From Haliotis rufescens (lineage: Eukaryota): a DNA stretch of 64,000 nt. The position numbers and the translations under genes are program-made. Of the stretch, positions 25,663 through 38,000 are shown piece after piece; position 1 is the first letter of the stretch; the number at the start of each line of letters is the position of its first letter. A model generated the notes under the pieces. It was not told the DNA's origin, did not search any database, and saw only the letters and a list, made by a program, of their open reading frames with translations. Where the stretch lies: positions 20,770,001 through 20,834,000 of the forward strand of contig NW_025964112.1 in the NCBI RefSeq assembly GCF_023055435.1, read 5' to 3'.

Positions 25663-25704
25663 ACGAACCGGGAACAGACATTTGGAGGAATCTTCAAGAC
25701 AAAA
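25663..25704 (+). other. Candidate upstream exon of GIMAP-A (5'UTR or coding)
   Basis: TTTCTGTTAG|42 nt|GTGAGT; open and in phase with the acceptor at 28647; conserved in the duplicate near 53796. Confidence 0.4.
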
Positions 25705-26319
25705 GTGAGTACCACATGTATACTTCTGTGTTTTTTTGTCATGTATTCAGGACAGTGTGTATATGTTTTAGATAACGATCCATTCCTAAATAATGCGCTC
25801 ATATACACATACTTTGACTACTTTTAAATTCCCCAAATCAACAGGTGATACTGATATATATATGGCAGATATTAACACATAAACGATACGTAAAGCATGC
25901 ATATAAAGTTATTTGTTACACAATAATAAAATAAATAAAGATTTAAAATAATTTAACACAACGCCAGATAATAATCAGTGTCAAACATCTGCCGAAACAG
26001 ATTCCATAAGGCGGTAAAGGCAAAGTGACGAAACCTTTCCGAATATATATCACTGGAAATCAGTGATGACCCCAGGCGATGCTTTACCGGTAGCATCCAT
26101 ACTAAACACTTTTCGTTACTAAAGTCAGCTCCAAAAAGTAGGGAGGTGTGAAAACTCTCTCTAACGGTCGTAGCACTGGACAGCCTCACCTATTATGTTG
26201 ACAAGCGACGAGTCATATCATGTCTACCACATAATTTCTGGAATGACCTAAAAGCTTAGTTGTAAGTTAATGTATTCTTCAGGGAAAATTGAATAGCATG
26301 TACATGGTCTGAAGCAATA

Positions 26320-26432
26320 CGATGACATGCATCAGCCAAGTCAGCAACCCTGACTACCCGATCCCGTTAGCCGCCTTTTACGACAAGCATAGGTTGCTGA
26401 AGACCTTTTCTCTACCCTGATCTTCGCGGGTC
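26320..26432 (-). mobile_element. SINE family 2, 5' fragment
   Basis: CCCGATCCCGTTAGCCGCC..GACAAGCAT..GTTGCTGAAGA..CGCGGG. Confidence 0.75.
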
Positions 26433-26966
26433 AGTTACGAATATGTTCGAATTTAACGGTATGATCTATTAAATGACATACATAGAGGTTATACACACTT
26501 CTCTTGCGTATGCATTTTATTTACCTAATTGATGTTTTGTCATGGGCTCAACTGTCATAAAAAATATTAGATGCATGGTGCCTTTGTATCGTAAAAATAT
26601 GCTTTGGTTCCTAACGTCTTTTCTTCTAGTAAGTTGGTGGTTTATTTTTTATTTTTTTTACAAAACAATGAATTAATCTAATGTGACACCGGTGCGTCAA
26701 AGGACAAAATTATATCGTTGTGTATCTCACCGACCACGCAATTGTACACATGACTAATGGTTTGTGTCACTGCATTCTCTAGGCATCGTGTTTCCAATGT
26801 GAAATCGTATAATTACATATTGATGGTTTATGTGTCCCCAAACATTTGCAGGTTTCACCAAATTTAGGATATGCTCCACAAAGAGGACCATATTGTACCT
26901 TGTCTTTTGCCAATAAGTACATCCCCAACTTACCAGGATTCAAACCAATCTAAATGGTGATACTTT

Positions 26967-28324
26967 CATAGGGCTTTTCCTGAATCTGGCTGCTCCCGCT
27001 GCCACCGCCGCCGCCGCCGCACATTGATTTTTAACCCAAGGATATTACAATATGCATATCTCCCTTTAGGCCCTTGGTAATGTTTTTAATACACTGATCA
27101 GTCATCCTCAAGGTAATATCCTTAAGAAAGGGGCGTTTTAACGATAACACATGAAGCATTCACTGTAGGACATTGAAACTTGCTACATGTCATTCCAAAT
27201 CTGAAATGACAGTGAGTGACTTCAGTGAAAGGTAAAGGTCACAGTGAAGGTCATTCATGAAATATTGTTGCCGTGTTTACTCAAATGGCTTTCTTCTGCA
27301 GTATTATTACGTCTTGTGTATGCCGTGGTTATATTAATTTGATAACAATGTTCTGATATCAGTATCACGGTGACCTATTTTCAATGAATAGTATATGCTA
27401 TATTTTCGTTGTTACATTTAAACGTGGGACATCCTATTTTCTGTTATGAGGCTGTACTCCATTCAAATGTTATTTTTACAAACCGGATGGGAAGTTATCA
27501 AAACAATAATGCCTGTAACGTTCTTATTAATGTAATTGGGACTCTTTTTAAAAGATGTCTTCCATGAGACATGTGTCTTCCCATACCGGAAGTAAAGTAA
27601 TTAAACAAGGTGTACTTATATCGTTCTTATCAATGTACCTAGAGGCATTGGCGTTTTGCTTTAAAATCACACTGTCTATGACATGGGCTTTCAAGGACTG
27701 GAAGTTAAGTCATTAAACCGGATGTGCATATATCGTTCTCATCAATGAATTTAGATGCATTCGCATTGAAACCTTCTGTTTTAAAACCACACTGCAAATA
27801 ACAGGTACAGTAAAGTACGGTTATAACGAACTCAAAGGGACTCCTATTTTAGTTTGTTATAACCGTAGTTCGTTATAAGCATATATACAGCATAACCACA
27901 GCAAATAGTCGGGACTAAAAAGTAAGTTCGTTATATCCGTCAGTTCGTTATAAGCGTGTTCGTTATAACCGTAGTTTACTGTATGTTCAGAAACTAGGGC
28001 GGATATCATTCAACCGGAAGTGGGTATAAATGTATTTCAAACAGCCAGAGGAACAGGTTAAATAATTATCTGCATTGGGCTTGTGTTTCCCAAGCCAGAA
28101 ATGATGTCATTTAACTGAAAGTGATGTCTTAAGAATGGAGATGGCTGTATATTCACAATTGTATAAGCTAGAGGTGAGGTACTTTTAATATGATGTGGTG
28201 TTGCAGTAGGTCGGTAATGGTTTCACACTGGAAATGCGTGGTAGTATTGTGTGACATCTGGGGCCTTCTAGAAATGATGGGTGTGCTACCATTTGGAAAG
28301 TCCTTGCAATCAAGTTTTCTAGTT
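26967..28324 (+). mobile_element. HINE/Helentron-like non-autonomous element
   Basis: Subterminal inverted repeat AGGGCTTTTCC and GGAAAGTCCT, 5' (GCC)n microsatellite, internal ACCGGAAGT-type repeats, CTAGTT 3' end. Confidence 0.55.
27808..27981. mobile_element. Tc1/mariner(pogo)-type MITE nested in the HINE
   Basis: 24-bp TIRs CAGTAAA(G/C)TACGGTTATAACGAAC with TA on both sides. Confidence 0.92.
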
Positions 28325-28650
28325 ATCTACATCATACAATGGACTAGTAATTAAGAAGATTGTATTGTCCATTTGCCTGTACCTTTACGCTGTGTATCTT
28401 ATGTCAAGTTTCAATGAGGGATCTCACACTGGCATGGCGGTAGTGTGAAGCAGACATCTTGATTTCATGTGGTAAGTTGTTTTAGACTAATTGCTACATG
28501 TTACATTTTTTAGCAATATCATCGCTTAAAACGTATTCGGTAACAATGAATTAATTTGAAGAAATCCACATTAAGGAAGGAATACATTTCTGAAGCTTCA
28601 TCCGTCGAGCGAAAAACAATACTGACATTGTTACATTTTCTTGCAGGAGC

Positions 28651-31600
28651 ATGAACAACCAGGTGAAAATGGTTCTGCTTGGTCGTCATGGTTGCGGCAA
28701 AACTGCAGTGATAGAATCATTTCGTTGCACATCCATTACGCAGCCAACATCTTCGCTTTTGGCGGACAATGTTCATACAGTGACAAAGCATGACTCTAAC
28801 ATAAGCATTATTGAAATGACTGGGCTGTTTGCAGAAGGACAAGATAAAAAAGCAAATAAAATGAGACTTGCAGAATCGGTGTACACCTTCACACCAGGCC
28901 CTGATGCTTTTGGGCTTGTAGTTCGAATAGGTCGATTTACGCCAGAAGTGAGGACAATGATAGACACTCTTAGAGAAACGTTTGGTGCAGATATGTTCCG
29001 ATTTACCGTCCTCATCTTTACAAGATTGGATGATCTCAAGTATGATGGCATCACTCTGGAGAAATACCTACAAGAGAGTACACCAGAGCTGAAGAGTGTC
29101 CTTGATGCTTGTGGGGGAAGATACATCGGCTTTGACAACACAGGAACGTGGGAATCCAGAGCGGAGGATGCCGATAAACTTCTATCCATGTTGAAGAATC
29201 TCCAGAAGCAGAACAACAACATGGTCTATACAGTGGCCATGCTCGAGTACGCCACAAGGTGTCAACAGAAGAAAGAGGAAGAAGATCGGAATCAACAAGA
29301 TGAGCGCAACCGAAATATTAAAGAAGAGTTGAAAAGTACCATGAGACAGGAACTTGAAGAACAGATAAGAAGAGAGATGCAAGCTGAACTCACGTCAAAC
29401 ACTCAACAGACATGTATTACAACAGGATGTAGTATGTACACTTTTGTACATTATACTGTTCTGGGCATGGATTCTCACCTTCGTGTTTAATATTATATTA
29501 ATATTCAGTATAATTATTTTTAGTTTAGTATTTAGTGAAATTGTGCAACTATTTAATGGGTACGAGTAATATTTCTACAAATATATGGAATGAGATATGA
29601 ACATCATATACTCTTCAAAAAAAGAAACGCAAAGCCGGATTTGTGTGAGGTAGAAAAATACATTTATACAAGGAACCGTACAAGGTATTGAGCCAAAATG
29701 TTGTGGAGAGAACACTTAGTGATTGTAGTCATCTCAGTTATCGGTACCGGTAGGAAAAGCCCAAGGTGAAGGTCAACTACTATCAATAGTATCGATAGCG
29801 GCCTGACATCTCCTGCATAATGGAAGAAACGAGTATTCCTGGGGAATGGTAGCCCACTCGGCCTGCTACGCAAAACCCAACTACTGCAACGTCAGGGGTT
29901 GTGGTTGACGTCGGCGTAGCCGTCTATCCAATTCATCCCACGGGTGCTTTATCGGGTTCAAATCCGGGGATCTGGAGGGCCAGGGGAGAACATCAACGTT
30001 GTTGTGTAGACAGGTTCTTGTGATCCGTGCTGTATGCGGTTGAGCGTTGTCCTGATGGAATACAGCGTTGCCGTTGGCTGCAATTGGGAGGACGTGTGGT
30101 AGGAGAATATCGTTGATGTATCGTTGAGCCGCAAGATTGCCCTGTATATGGACCATACCTGCCCTGCCATGATGAGAGATTACCGCCCGCATCATAACGC
30201 TACCCCCATCAAATCTGTCCACTACCTGTACGCAGTTTCCGGCGCAACGTTCTTCCCAACGTCTGTAGACCCGTGCTCTTCGATCCCGTCTACGGAGGAG
30301 AATTCTTGACTCGTCGCTGGACCAGACATCTCCTCATCGCAGTTGACGACACCAATGCAGTCGTTGTTGACGATGTTGTCCACTCATGGGATGCGGTTGA
30401 GGTGGCTGTGGTCGTCCTTTCACGTAGGTGGCGCAGTCGGATGTAGCGATGTTGGGCAGGGATGGTTACTCTTGGTCGTCCCGACCTTGGCCGATCACGT
30501 GTTGACCAATGCTGTTGAAACCAATCCCATATCCTTGTGATGGTGCTGGGCGCTACATTGAAAGCCCTAGCTACAGCTGATCGGGATTCCCCTGCCTGCA
30601 AGCGGCCTATGACGTTGTTTCTTTGCACTTCTGTTAATCTTGGCATGTTGTTGAATTGTCACTGTTCTATTGACGCAGATGCCAGGCAATCAAAAACCCT
30701 GCAATTTAATACCGTTCATAGTGCTTCTGCATGTGCACTGGTGCGTTTTTCCGAACCGTACGTGTTTCCCGACCAATGGTTTGCATGTCCTTGCTATGAT
30801 CATTTTGATCCGGGACATTTTCACTGACACTTTAACGGATGACCAAACATATCCGTTTTGCGTTTCTTTTTTTTAAGAGTATATTTCATTTTAAATGTTC
30901 ATTATTTTGTTGTCAAATTTGTTTTATATAACAGAACGTATCACCTTCTTTTTGTGTTGTAATCATAGAGCCACGCAAACTCCAAACACAAATATATACC
31001 AGACAGACTGTTGAATCGGGGGACAAGTTCAATGAGAGAATACCAAAAAAAGGTAAACTTTTTCTTGAATATTTTAGTTTCCTACCCACTGACAAAATCT
31101 ATTAAGTGCTCTTCATTCTTTTAGACATTATGCACGGCATGCGTCATACATTTGTTAGTCTCAAGTACTCTTTAACATATACCTTATTTCCAGGTGCTAA
31201 TCGATCCAAACACGAAAGAGGACCAAGGCCGGAGTTTAAGCCAAAGCCTACAACTCGAAAAGTGCAAGAAAATATCATTTCCCGAGACACTCATGAGCAA
31301 GATGCTGGTATGTGTTAAATGCAGTGTTGCATAATCAGAAATCTCGTAAACGTTTACCATGGCAGAGATATGTTCTGTGTGATCTTTGATTCCACAATTC
31401 AGCTGTAAGGGTTAAATAAGTAAATATAATCATGTTGTGTCGTAAATGTATGAGTGAGTGAGTGAGTATACGTGTGCGTGTGCGAATAATAGATTGTAAA
31501 TTACTAATTACTGTTCAATTGACTTGGCAATAATTAATATATCTTATATTTGTTTGTTTGTAGCTCAAAACGAAAGACATGCAACTGTAGACGACACCAG

Positions 31601-31679
31601 TGGAAATCATGCCAAACCAAAACGAAGCGGGCTGATTGCAAGAATGCTTCATTTTTGGGAGTCTTTTCGCCCAAAATAA
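28651..31679 (+). CDS. GIMAP: GIMAP/AIG1-family GTPase A, copy 1; exons 28647-29431, 31194-31307, 31564-31679
   Basis: G1 GRHGCGKT, conserved box PGPDAFGLVVRIGRFTPE, G4 FTRLDD, G5 FDN, coiled coil. Donor A|GTATGT at 29432, then two phase-1 GT-AG exons ending ..SGLIARMLHFWESFRPK*. Confidence 0.88.
29609..30881 (-). mobile_element. Tc1 transposon with defective transposase, in a GIMAP-A intron
   Basis: TIRs TACTCTT.AAAAAAAGAAACGCAAA with TA flanks; HTH MPRL..RSGRPR (30290-30646); frameshifted DDE half QDNA..PWPSRSPDLNPIKH with the catalytic E replaced by K. Confidence 0.95.
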
Positions 31680-31939
31680 AACTTTGCGTCAGACGGTATT
31701 AATGTGATTAGAACATTTGGTTACATGTCTGATATTTTGTCATGATCCGCAGATAAAGCAAAATCATGTTTATAAGGCACACATAGTGCAACTATTACAT
31801 CATGAAAGACTGCTTAATATGCCTATCATAGGCACATTATGTCAAGTTTCGAATAAAAGTAAACAGAGAAATAAAATTGTATGAATCAATGTATAACAAA
31901 AATCTTTTACTTTGCAAGCATTGTCAAAACACAAAATAA

Positions 31940-32087
31940 GTGAGTGAGTGAGTGAATGAGTGAATGAGTGAGAGAGTGAGTGAGTGAGTGAGTTTGATTT
32001 TACGCCGCTTTTAGCATTATTCCAGCAATATCACGGCGGGGGACACCAGAAATGGGCTTCACACATTGTACCCATGTAACCCGGGAC
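31940..32087 (-). mobile_element. SINE family 1, truncated, with long (GAGT)n tail
   Basis: Matches the 3' body of the 50376 copy. Confidence 0.85.
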
Positions 32088-32329
32088 TTGGAAATTATGG
32101 AAATGGTTTTGTCGCTTATATTTGCTTCAACTCAAACCAGACATAAATGCATTGTCTGAAGCAACACTATTATGACCCTAAGTGCAGAAGCAGAACAACC
32201 TTAACGAATGATCATTCTAGTGCCATTGACATTCCTTGAGTGTCGTTCAAAACCTTGTCCGCTCTAAGGATGATATTACCCAATTTTATTACGGTAATAC
32301 CTAATTCTATGAAAAAGATGATATTACCT

Positions 32330-33262
32330 AATTCTATGAAAACAAATGCCATCCGAGGTTTACTGAGAAAACAATATGTGAAATGCTGGAAATCTACGTA
32401 AAATTGATATCATCCACGTAAAATTTGGGGTAAGATATTTAGGCAAGAAGCAGGCATCCCCATTGGCACCAAGTGTGGCCCCCTTCTTTGCTGGTCTATT
32501 TCTTTATGCATATGAATCCGAATTTCTGTTCGGATTGGCAAAGTCAAAACAAGGTAATTTGGCCAAGAAGTTTTACTTAAGCTTCAGGTACATCGATGAA
32601 CTCATATCGTTAAATAACCATCAAATAGCCAATTCCCTTCCACTGATCTACCCACCTGAACTAGAAACAAAGGAGACCAGTGAGACCGCATAACGATTCA
32701 GAGTGACAAAACACTCTCCACAAGACTGTATGACAAGAGGGATGACTTCAACTTTCCAAAGTCAACTTTCCCTTCATGTCGAGCATTATTCCAGCAGCTC
32801 CAGCCTGTTTACATTTCACAGCTTTTGAGATACAATCGAGCATGCTCTTTCTACCAAGAGTTCAAAGAGCGTCATACGACTCTTGCTAAGAAGTTGTTTG
32901 ATCAATGTTACACAACATTCAAGTTTTCAAAACGTTTTATGGTAGACATGTGGACATTTCCAAGTTTGACGCATCAGTGACAAAAATGATGTCCGATGCA
33001 ATTCCCTATTTTGACTCGTACCATATGTTCCCATGGGGTTTTTTTCAGGTGAACAATTGACTCGCCTTTGCATGTGTTTATGACGGGTGGTACAGGTTGG
33101 GCATGATTCGCTCACCTTTTCGCGGCCACCTGGTATCAGCACTACATGTATTTGATAGCGATTCTTAAACACACTCACATGATATAGTTGGAATCGTACA
33201 ATCGACTCTGCTTTATGCAGAGATTTCTATTAGTTATGGAAAGGATTTTGTCGCTTTATTTA
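32330..33262 (+). mobile_element. Degenerate Penelope-like retroelement RT remnant
   Basis: GIPIG..APFFAGLFLYAYESEF..FRYIDE..IYPPELE..RLYDKRDDFNF with stops and frameshifts. Confidence 0.75.
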
Positions 33263-34057
33263 ATTATTCTATAGTAAACACTTCTTGAGTTACCACAAAC
33301 AAAATGCATGTTTGAGTAAGTTTGACCTTCAATACCAGTGACAAGTATTTCAAGAACACATCAACGGGCTATCAAGCAATTAAACCAAATATGACGTCCC
33401 GAGGAGTTGAGGTCACCATGACACACTACCGTCAGATCACAGCTAACGGCCATGATCTAATTAGGAGATTTAGCTTGTATGTTTTTATTTATTTTGGATT
33501 CGCACTGAAGATTAGATATCTTTTTTTAATTTGGAGCCCAGTGCTTTAGCTAAAAGGAGGTATCTTGTCTACAGTGGGACGACATCAAATTTCAAAACCT
33601 AGTAGTTCTATCTCCATTTTACTATGACGGAAAGAATGATTTCAAAACGGTAGTCTTTGTGGAATGAGTAATTACATATGGGTACATAGGTCAGCGATCT
33701 TCGATGGTTCGGAAAAGGGGTCACAGGTAGTGATAAATTTGAAAAATATTACTCAAGTTCAATATTATCTTCTTAAAATATTAAGGGGTTTTCAAAACGA
33801 ATTTATGAAATATCAATCCATCGAAATATTTTAATTTTCAACGCAACCTGTTGGATATTTGTACTGCTTGACGACTCAACAAAGTCTTTCTTGGACATCG
33901 ACGTCAGAAGTCAATTCTTGGAAATCAATAAAACATTCCCACTGTAGGGGTGACAAAAAGAAAAATTCAACTTTGTTAAATCAGTATTTTTGGGATTATT
34001 TAAGTTGTACTTTTGTAGCAGTTGGTTGAAATATCTCGCCAGCAGTAATTTATTTAC

Positions 34058-34295
34058 GAACTCAGCAACATTCCTGCTATATGACGGCGGTCTGTAAATA
34101 ATCGAGTTTGGGCCAGACAGTCCAGTGAGTGACATCATGAGCATCGATCCACACAAATGGGATACGATGACATACATCAACCAAATCAGCGGGCCTGGCC
34201 ACCCGATCCCGTTTGTCGCCTCTTACAAGCAAAGTCGCCTCTTAAGGCAAGCATGAGTTGCTGAAGCCCTATTCTACCCGGGATCCTCACGGGTC
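34058..34295 (-). mobile_element. SINE family 2, tail deleted in this copy
   Basis: Complete version at 62330-62592. Confidence 0.85.
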
Positions 34296-35035
34296 GGTTA
34301 TTGATTTATCATGTTTACTGTTAATTATTGATTTGAGTCTCTTTATGTTCTTAGAAATATTTATTACTATTAGCCAAAGTAGGCAGCCTAAAAAACTATA
34401 TTGATTGATTTATCTCTACCATAAGATTTATAACATTTTTAGCAGTGTAAATGGCAGCACAAGGATGGAAATTGTTTACAATGAATTTGATCAATTAAGA
34501 ACAACATTTAAAGTTTAAATAATTTAACTATTGATACTGCAGCATCTAAAATAAGATGAAATAAGGATATAAGGAAATGAGTGTCTTGGATCTTGAGGAC
34601 AATTCTGAGAGTTAATTTTAGCGATTTTGAGTTAATCCTTTTGTAATTTTGGAGAATCTATCATCGTGAATGCTAATCATATAAATGCATTATTGAAATA
34701 CATAATTCAGAATAAAGCCGAAATAATGGTAGTTTAAATTGTCTTTTATCTAAAGTTTTGTGCCAAAATGGCATTTTCAGTGCGATTGTTTTACAGGCAT
34801 ATCGAATACGTTCTTGAAATATTAAACTTCATAGCTTAAAGAAGATTGAGTAGTAAAATTATCTTTCAAGCTTGTCAATGAAGGGAGATAACTTTGAGCT
34901 CATGCAATATACATGCACGTGTGGTAAATCCTTTTGAATGATTTTGCACATCGGTCGCTTCTTGCGAGCAACAGTCACCAAAGATGTCCAGACTTTGAGT
35001 GTTTGTGACGAAAGTTATTTATTTTTTTATTTCAG

Positions 35036-38000
35036 TGTGGGTATGTGCAACCTGTTATCATAACAACGATGCCGCCAATGACAGTTGTCAAGGATGTGGA
35101 ACATCCAAATTGACGAGGAAGAGAATTGTGAAAAGGGGTATGAACATCTCTCTTACCAGAATAGTCACGTTTAGCCTTCCCAAAGACAGTTGATTATTTT
35201 GATTACCGATTTTGATTTCAAACATTTTACATAGCATTACCACTTAGTTCCAAACATGCTTTAATCTTATGTTTGGACATAAGTTTGCAGTAGGTAGAAT
35301 ACACATGTATGGATGTGAATTGTGAATTCTTTTCTGCGGATAAACAATACAAAAGTGTTCGACTCAAGAACACTTAACAGTAGGTACTTGTTGAAGTATA
35401 TATCAGAACATATAATAGGCAACAAATACAGTAAGTTTTACTTTCTTTGAGGATACATTCATAACGCAAAATAGTGCGTTGCTCAAACACACCATGCTTC
35501 GGGGAATTTGCCTGCTGCACGTACTTCACGTACTTCATGTAGTATATTTAGTGCAAAAGTTCATATCGTTTTCCAGTCATATAAGTCTTATAAAAGACGG
35601 GTTTGAGTGTCTGTGTATTAACTCGCATAGTCATGTCAAGAAGGGGACACGTTATTAGTCTTTTCTTGATGACAGTATCTTTTTACAACACTTTGACATG
35701 GCTTTAGTATTCTAGCCACATTTATCACACTTTGCGACGTTTTGTGGTACATTTTCTGAAAAAAGTATCCTAAAGTTTTAGTTGTCCATTTTTTGCTGTC
35801 ATGAGTGCTATTTAGGCATGTTATGGCAACGTATGTAACCAACACATTTTCATTATGAATAGGAAAGTTTTCACATTTCGATTTTTACATTCTCCGATTT
35901 TAATGTAGTTCCTTGGTGTTAGTATCTATTATCGTCAAATCTAGGCGTCTTGCTCAGTTGCACAGTTATGTCGTATGAGAGAATCACTTTATTTTCTGTT
36001 GTTGTTAATTCAACCATATTCTTTCGTCTCTTTCCACTGCGCACCAACTTTATTGACAACAGGGGAGTGTTTAACAATGACATAATTAACAGGTATAGTT
36101 CCACTTCATTTCCTTGTAGATGCACAACGGACATCTCCTCCCCTGCCTGTTCAGGCTCCTCCACCTCCTCCATTGCAGATGGTCGATCAAGTCTACACTA
36201 AGCCAACGCAGAAGGTGGCCCGTGTCAATCCTATTCCAAAACCCTCACGACAAGGAATTGGTATGTTCCTAATCTATGGGGCTAGGACAAAAAAATGATT
36301 GTCACATATCTATGGTATAGATTCCTGGTACATCTATTATAGTTGGCCAACAAATGTGGATTAACATTATGTTATATTATTTGATTAAAAACAAGAAAAC
36401 AGCATTATCACTAATGCAACTACTCTGTAAAAAGTAATATGGCACCAATTCTCGAACTCAGTCTACATAAGAATCATTAGCTAACTTCAGGAGTTTCTGA
36501 GAAAACTTGTCCCCATTGCAGACACTGTGCACTTTGTAAATTAACATGGATGAAGGGCCCCAACTGTGTATGCTCCAAATCTAAAAACATGTAACAAGGG
36601 AAGTTACTCTGGGTAAAAAGAATTTACAGGACCAATTTTGCGAACATTGTCTTAGATAAGCTTGTAAAGATTCATTCATGTAACGTAAGTAGTTTCTGAG
36701 AAAACTTGTAAAAAGAAATAATTTACGGCACCAATTTTCGAACTCAATTTTGACAAGCAGCTCTTCGATAAGCATGCAAACTTTCATTCATGTAATTTCA
36801 GTAGGTTTTTTTTAGAAAACTTTTCCCCATTCACACAGTATGCACTAAGTTGAAAATCACCGAGCAAGGGCCATAACGTAAAAAATGAATTCATGACACC
36901 AAATTTCAAACTCATTTGAGAACATTACCAGTAATATTAGTGTGTAAAATTCCATTTCTCAAACCCCAAACTTCATGGTATATGACGAATTTGGCCAATT
37001 TCCTCTTCACATAACCATAGCTAACTATTGGCACAAACTGAAATTCGTGATAACCCTATTAAATTATCACAATATGTTCTTCGCTTTAAGAAAGCAAATA
37101 ATTCTGTAAATACAAGGGATAATAGCTGGTTGAACAATGTCCAGAAAAGTCTTGATAACTGTGGCATGTCATGTGTGTTCAATGACCCATATTTGTACAC
37201 CAGCAAGTGGCTAGTCTCTAAGGTAGATTTAACGTTAAAAGATCAATTTACATAATCATGACGGAGAATTATGTGCAATAGTTACAAAGGAACTTGCTAC
37301 AAATTACTTAAATCTGCCCCATCCTTTGAAACATACCTCCTCCTTCCAAGGACAATATCTTTCCCACTCCTTTTCAAACCTGTAACCATAATTTACCCTG
37401 CTGAGACTGGCCGCTGGCTTGGTATACTGAGAGAAGAAGGAACCTCTACACCTTGTAACTCACCAGCTATTGCTGACGAGTTCCACTATTTAGTTATATG
37501 TCAGGCCTCCGTAGTAGATATATACCAGTAAAATGTTATTTATAGCCTAATCTTAATAAGCTCAAATAATTACTGTGTGCAACGAGAATAGCAGAAATAA
37601 GCAAGTTGTCCAAGTTTATTTCCAATGAGTACAAATGCGTTAGAAATAATACATAAACATACTCTTGATGAACATATACTTGTCTGTAAAACACGCTCTT
37701 GTACCACCGTGGGTGGTTCCATGAGAATAAACTATTTATATTTTGAATTTCTAACAAAAAGAGTTTATTAGCAATTGTGTCCCCTTTTAGAAGCGAACGG
37801 ACAGACGGGCGAACTTTGTGGCGGGGGATAATAACTATCACGATTACTATTTGGTTTATATCTAGGCACCTTTTTTTTGTTTATTCAACTTCGTCATGAA
37901 GTCAGGGGATGTACCAAACGTAATATAACACAGGTACATATGACATATTCATGAAAGTTGGATTGTAAAGTGCTACCATGAGACAATCTAACACAGACAT

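Larger units (their letters stand above)
21576..35703 (+). repeat. Segmental duplication unit 1 (GIMAP pair region), copy of ~51428-64000
   Basis: Colinear near-identity; offset 28149 across GIMAP-A and 28297 after position 34060. Confidence 0.95.

Noticed and set aside
28773-29222. Antisense ORFs over the GIMAP, LINE and gag frames
   Set aside because: Shadow ORFs of the real frames with no independent support.
29432-29490. C-terminus SMYTFVHYTVLGMDSHLRV of the 279-aa ORF
   Set aside because: Read-through past a GTATGT donor into the intron; in-phase downstream exons exist.
29609-30881. Active Tc1 transposase
   Set aside because: Internal deletion, frameshift and E->K at the catalytic glutamate.
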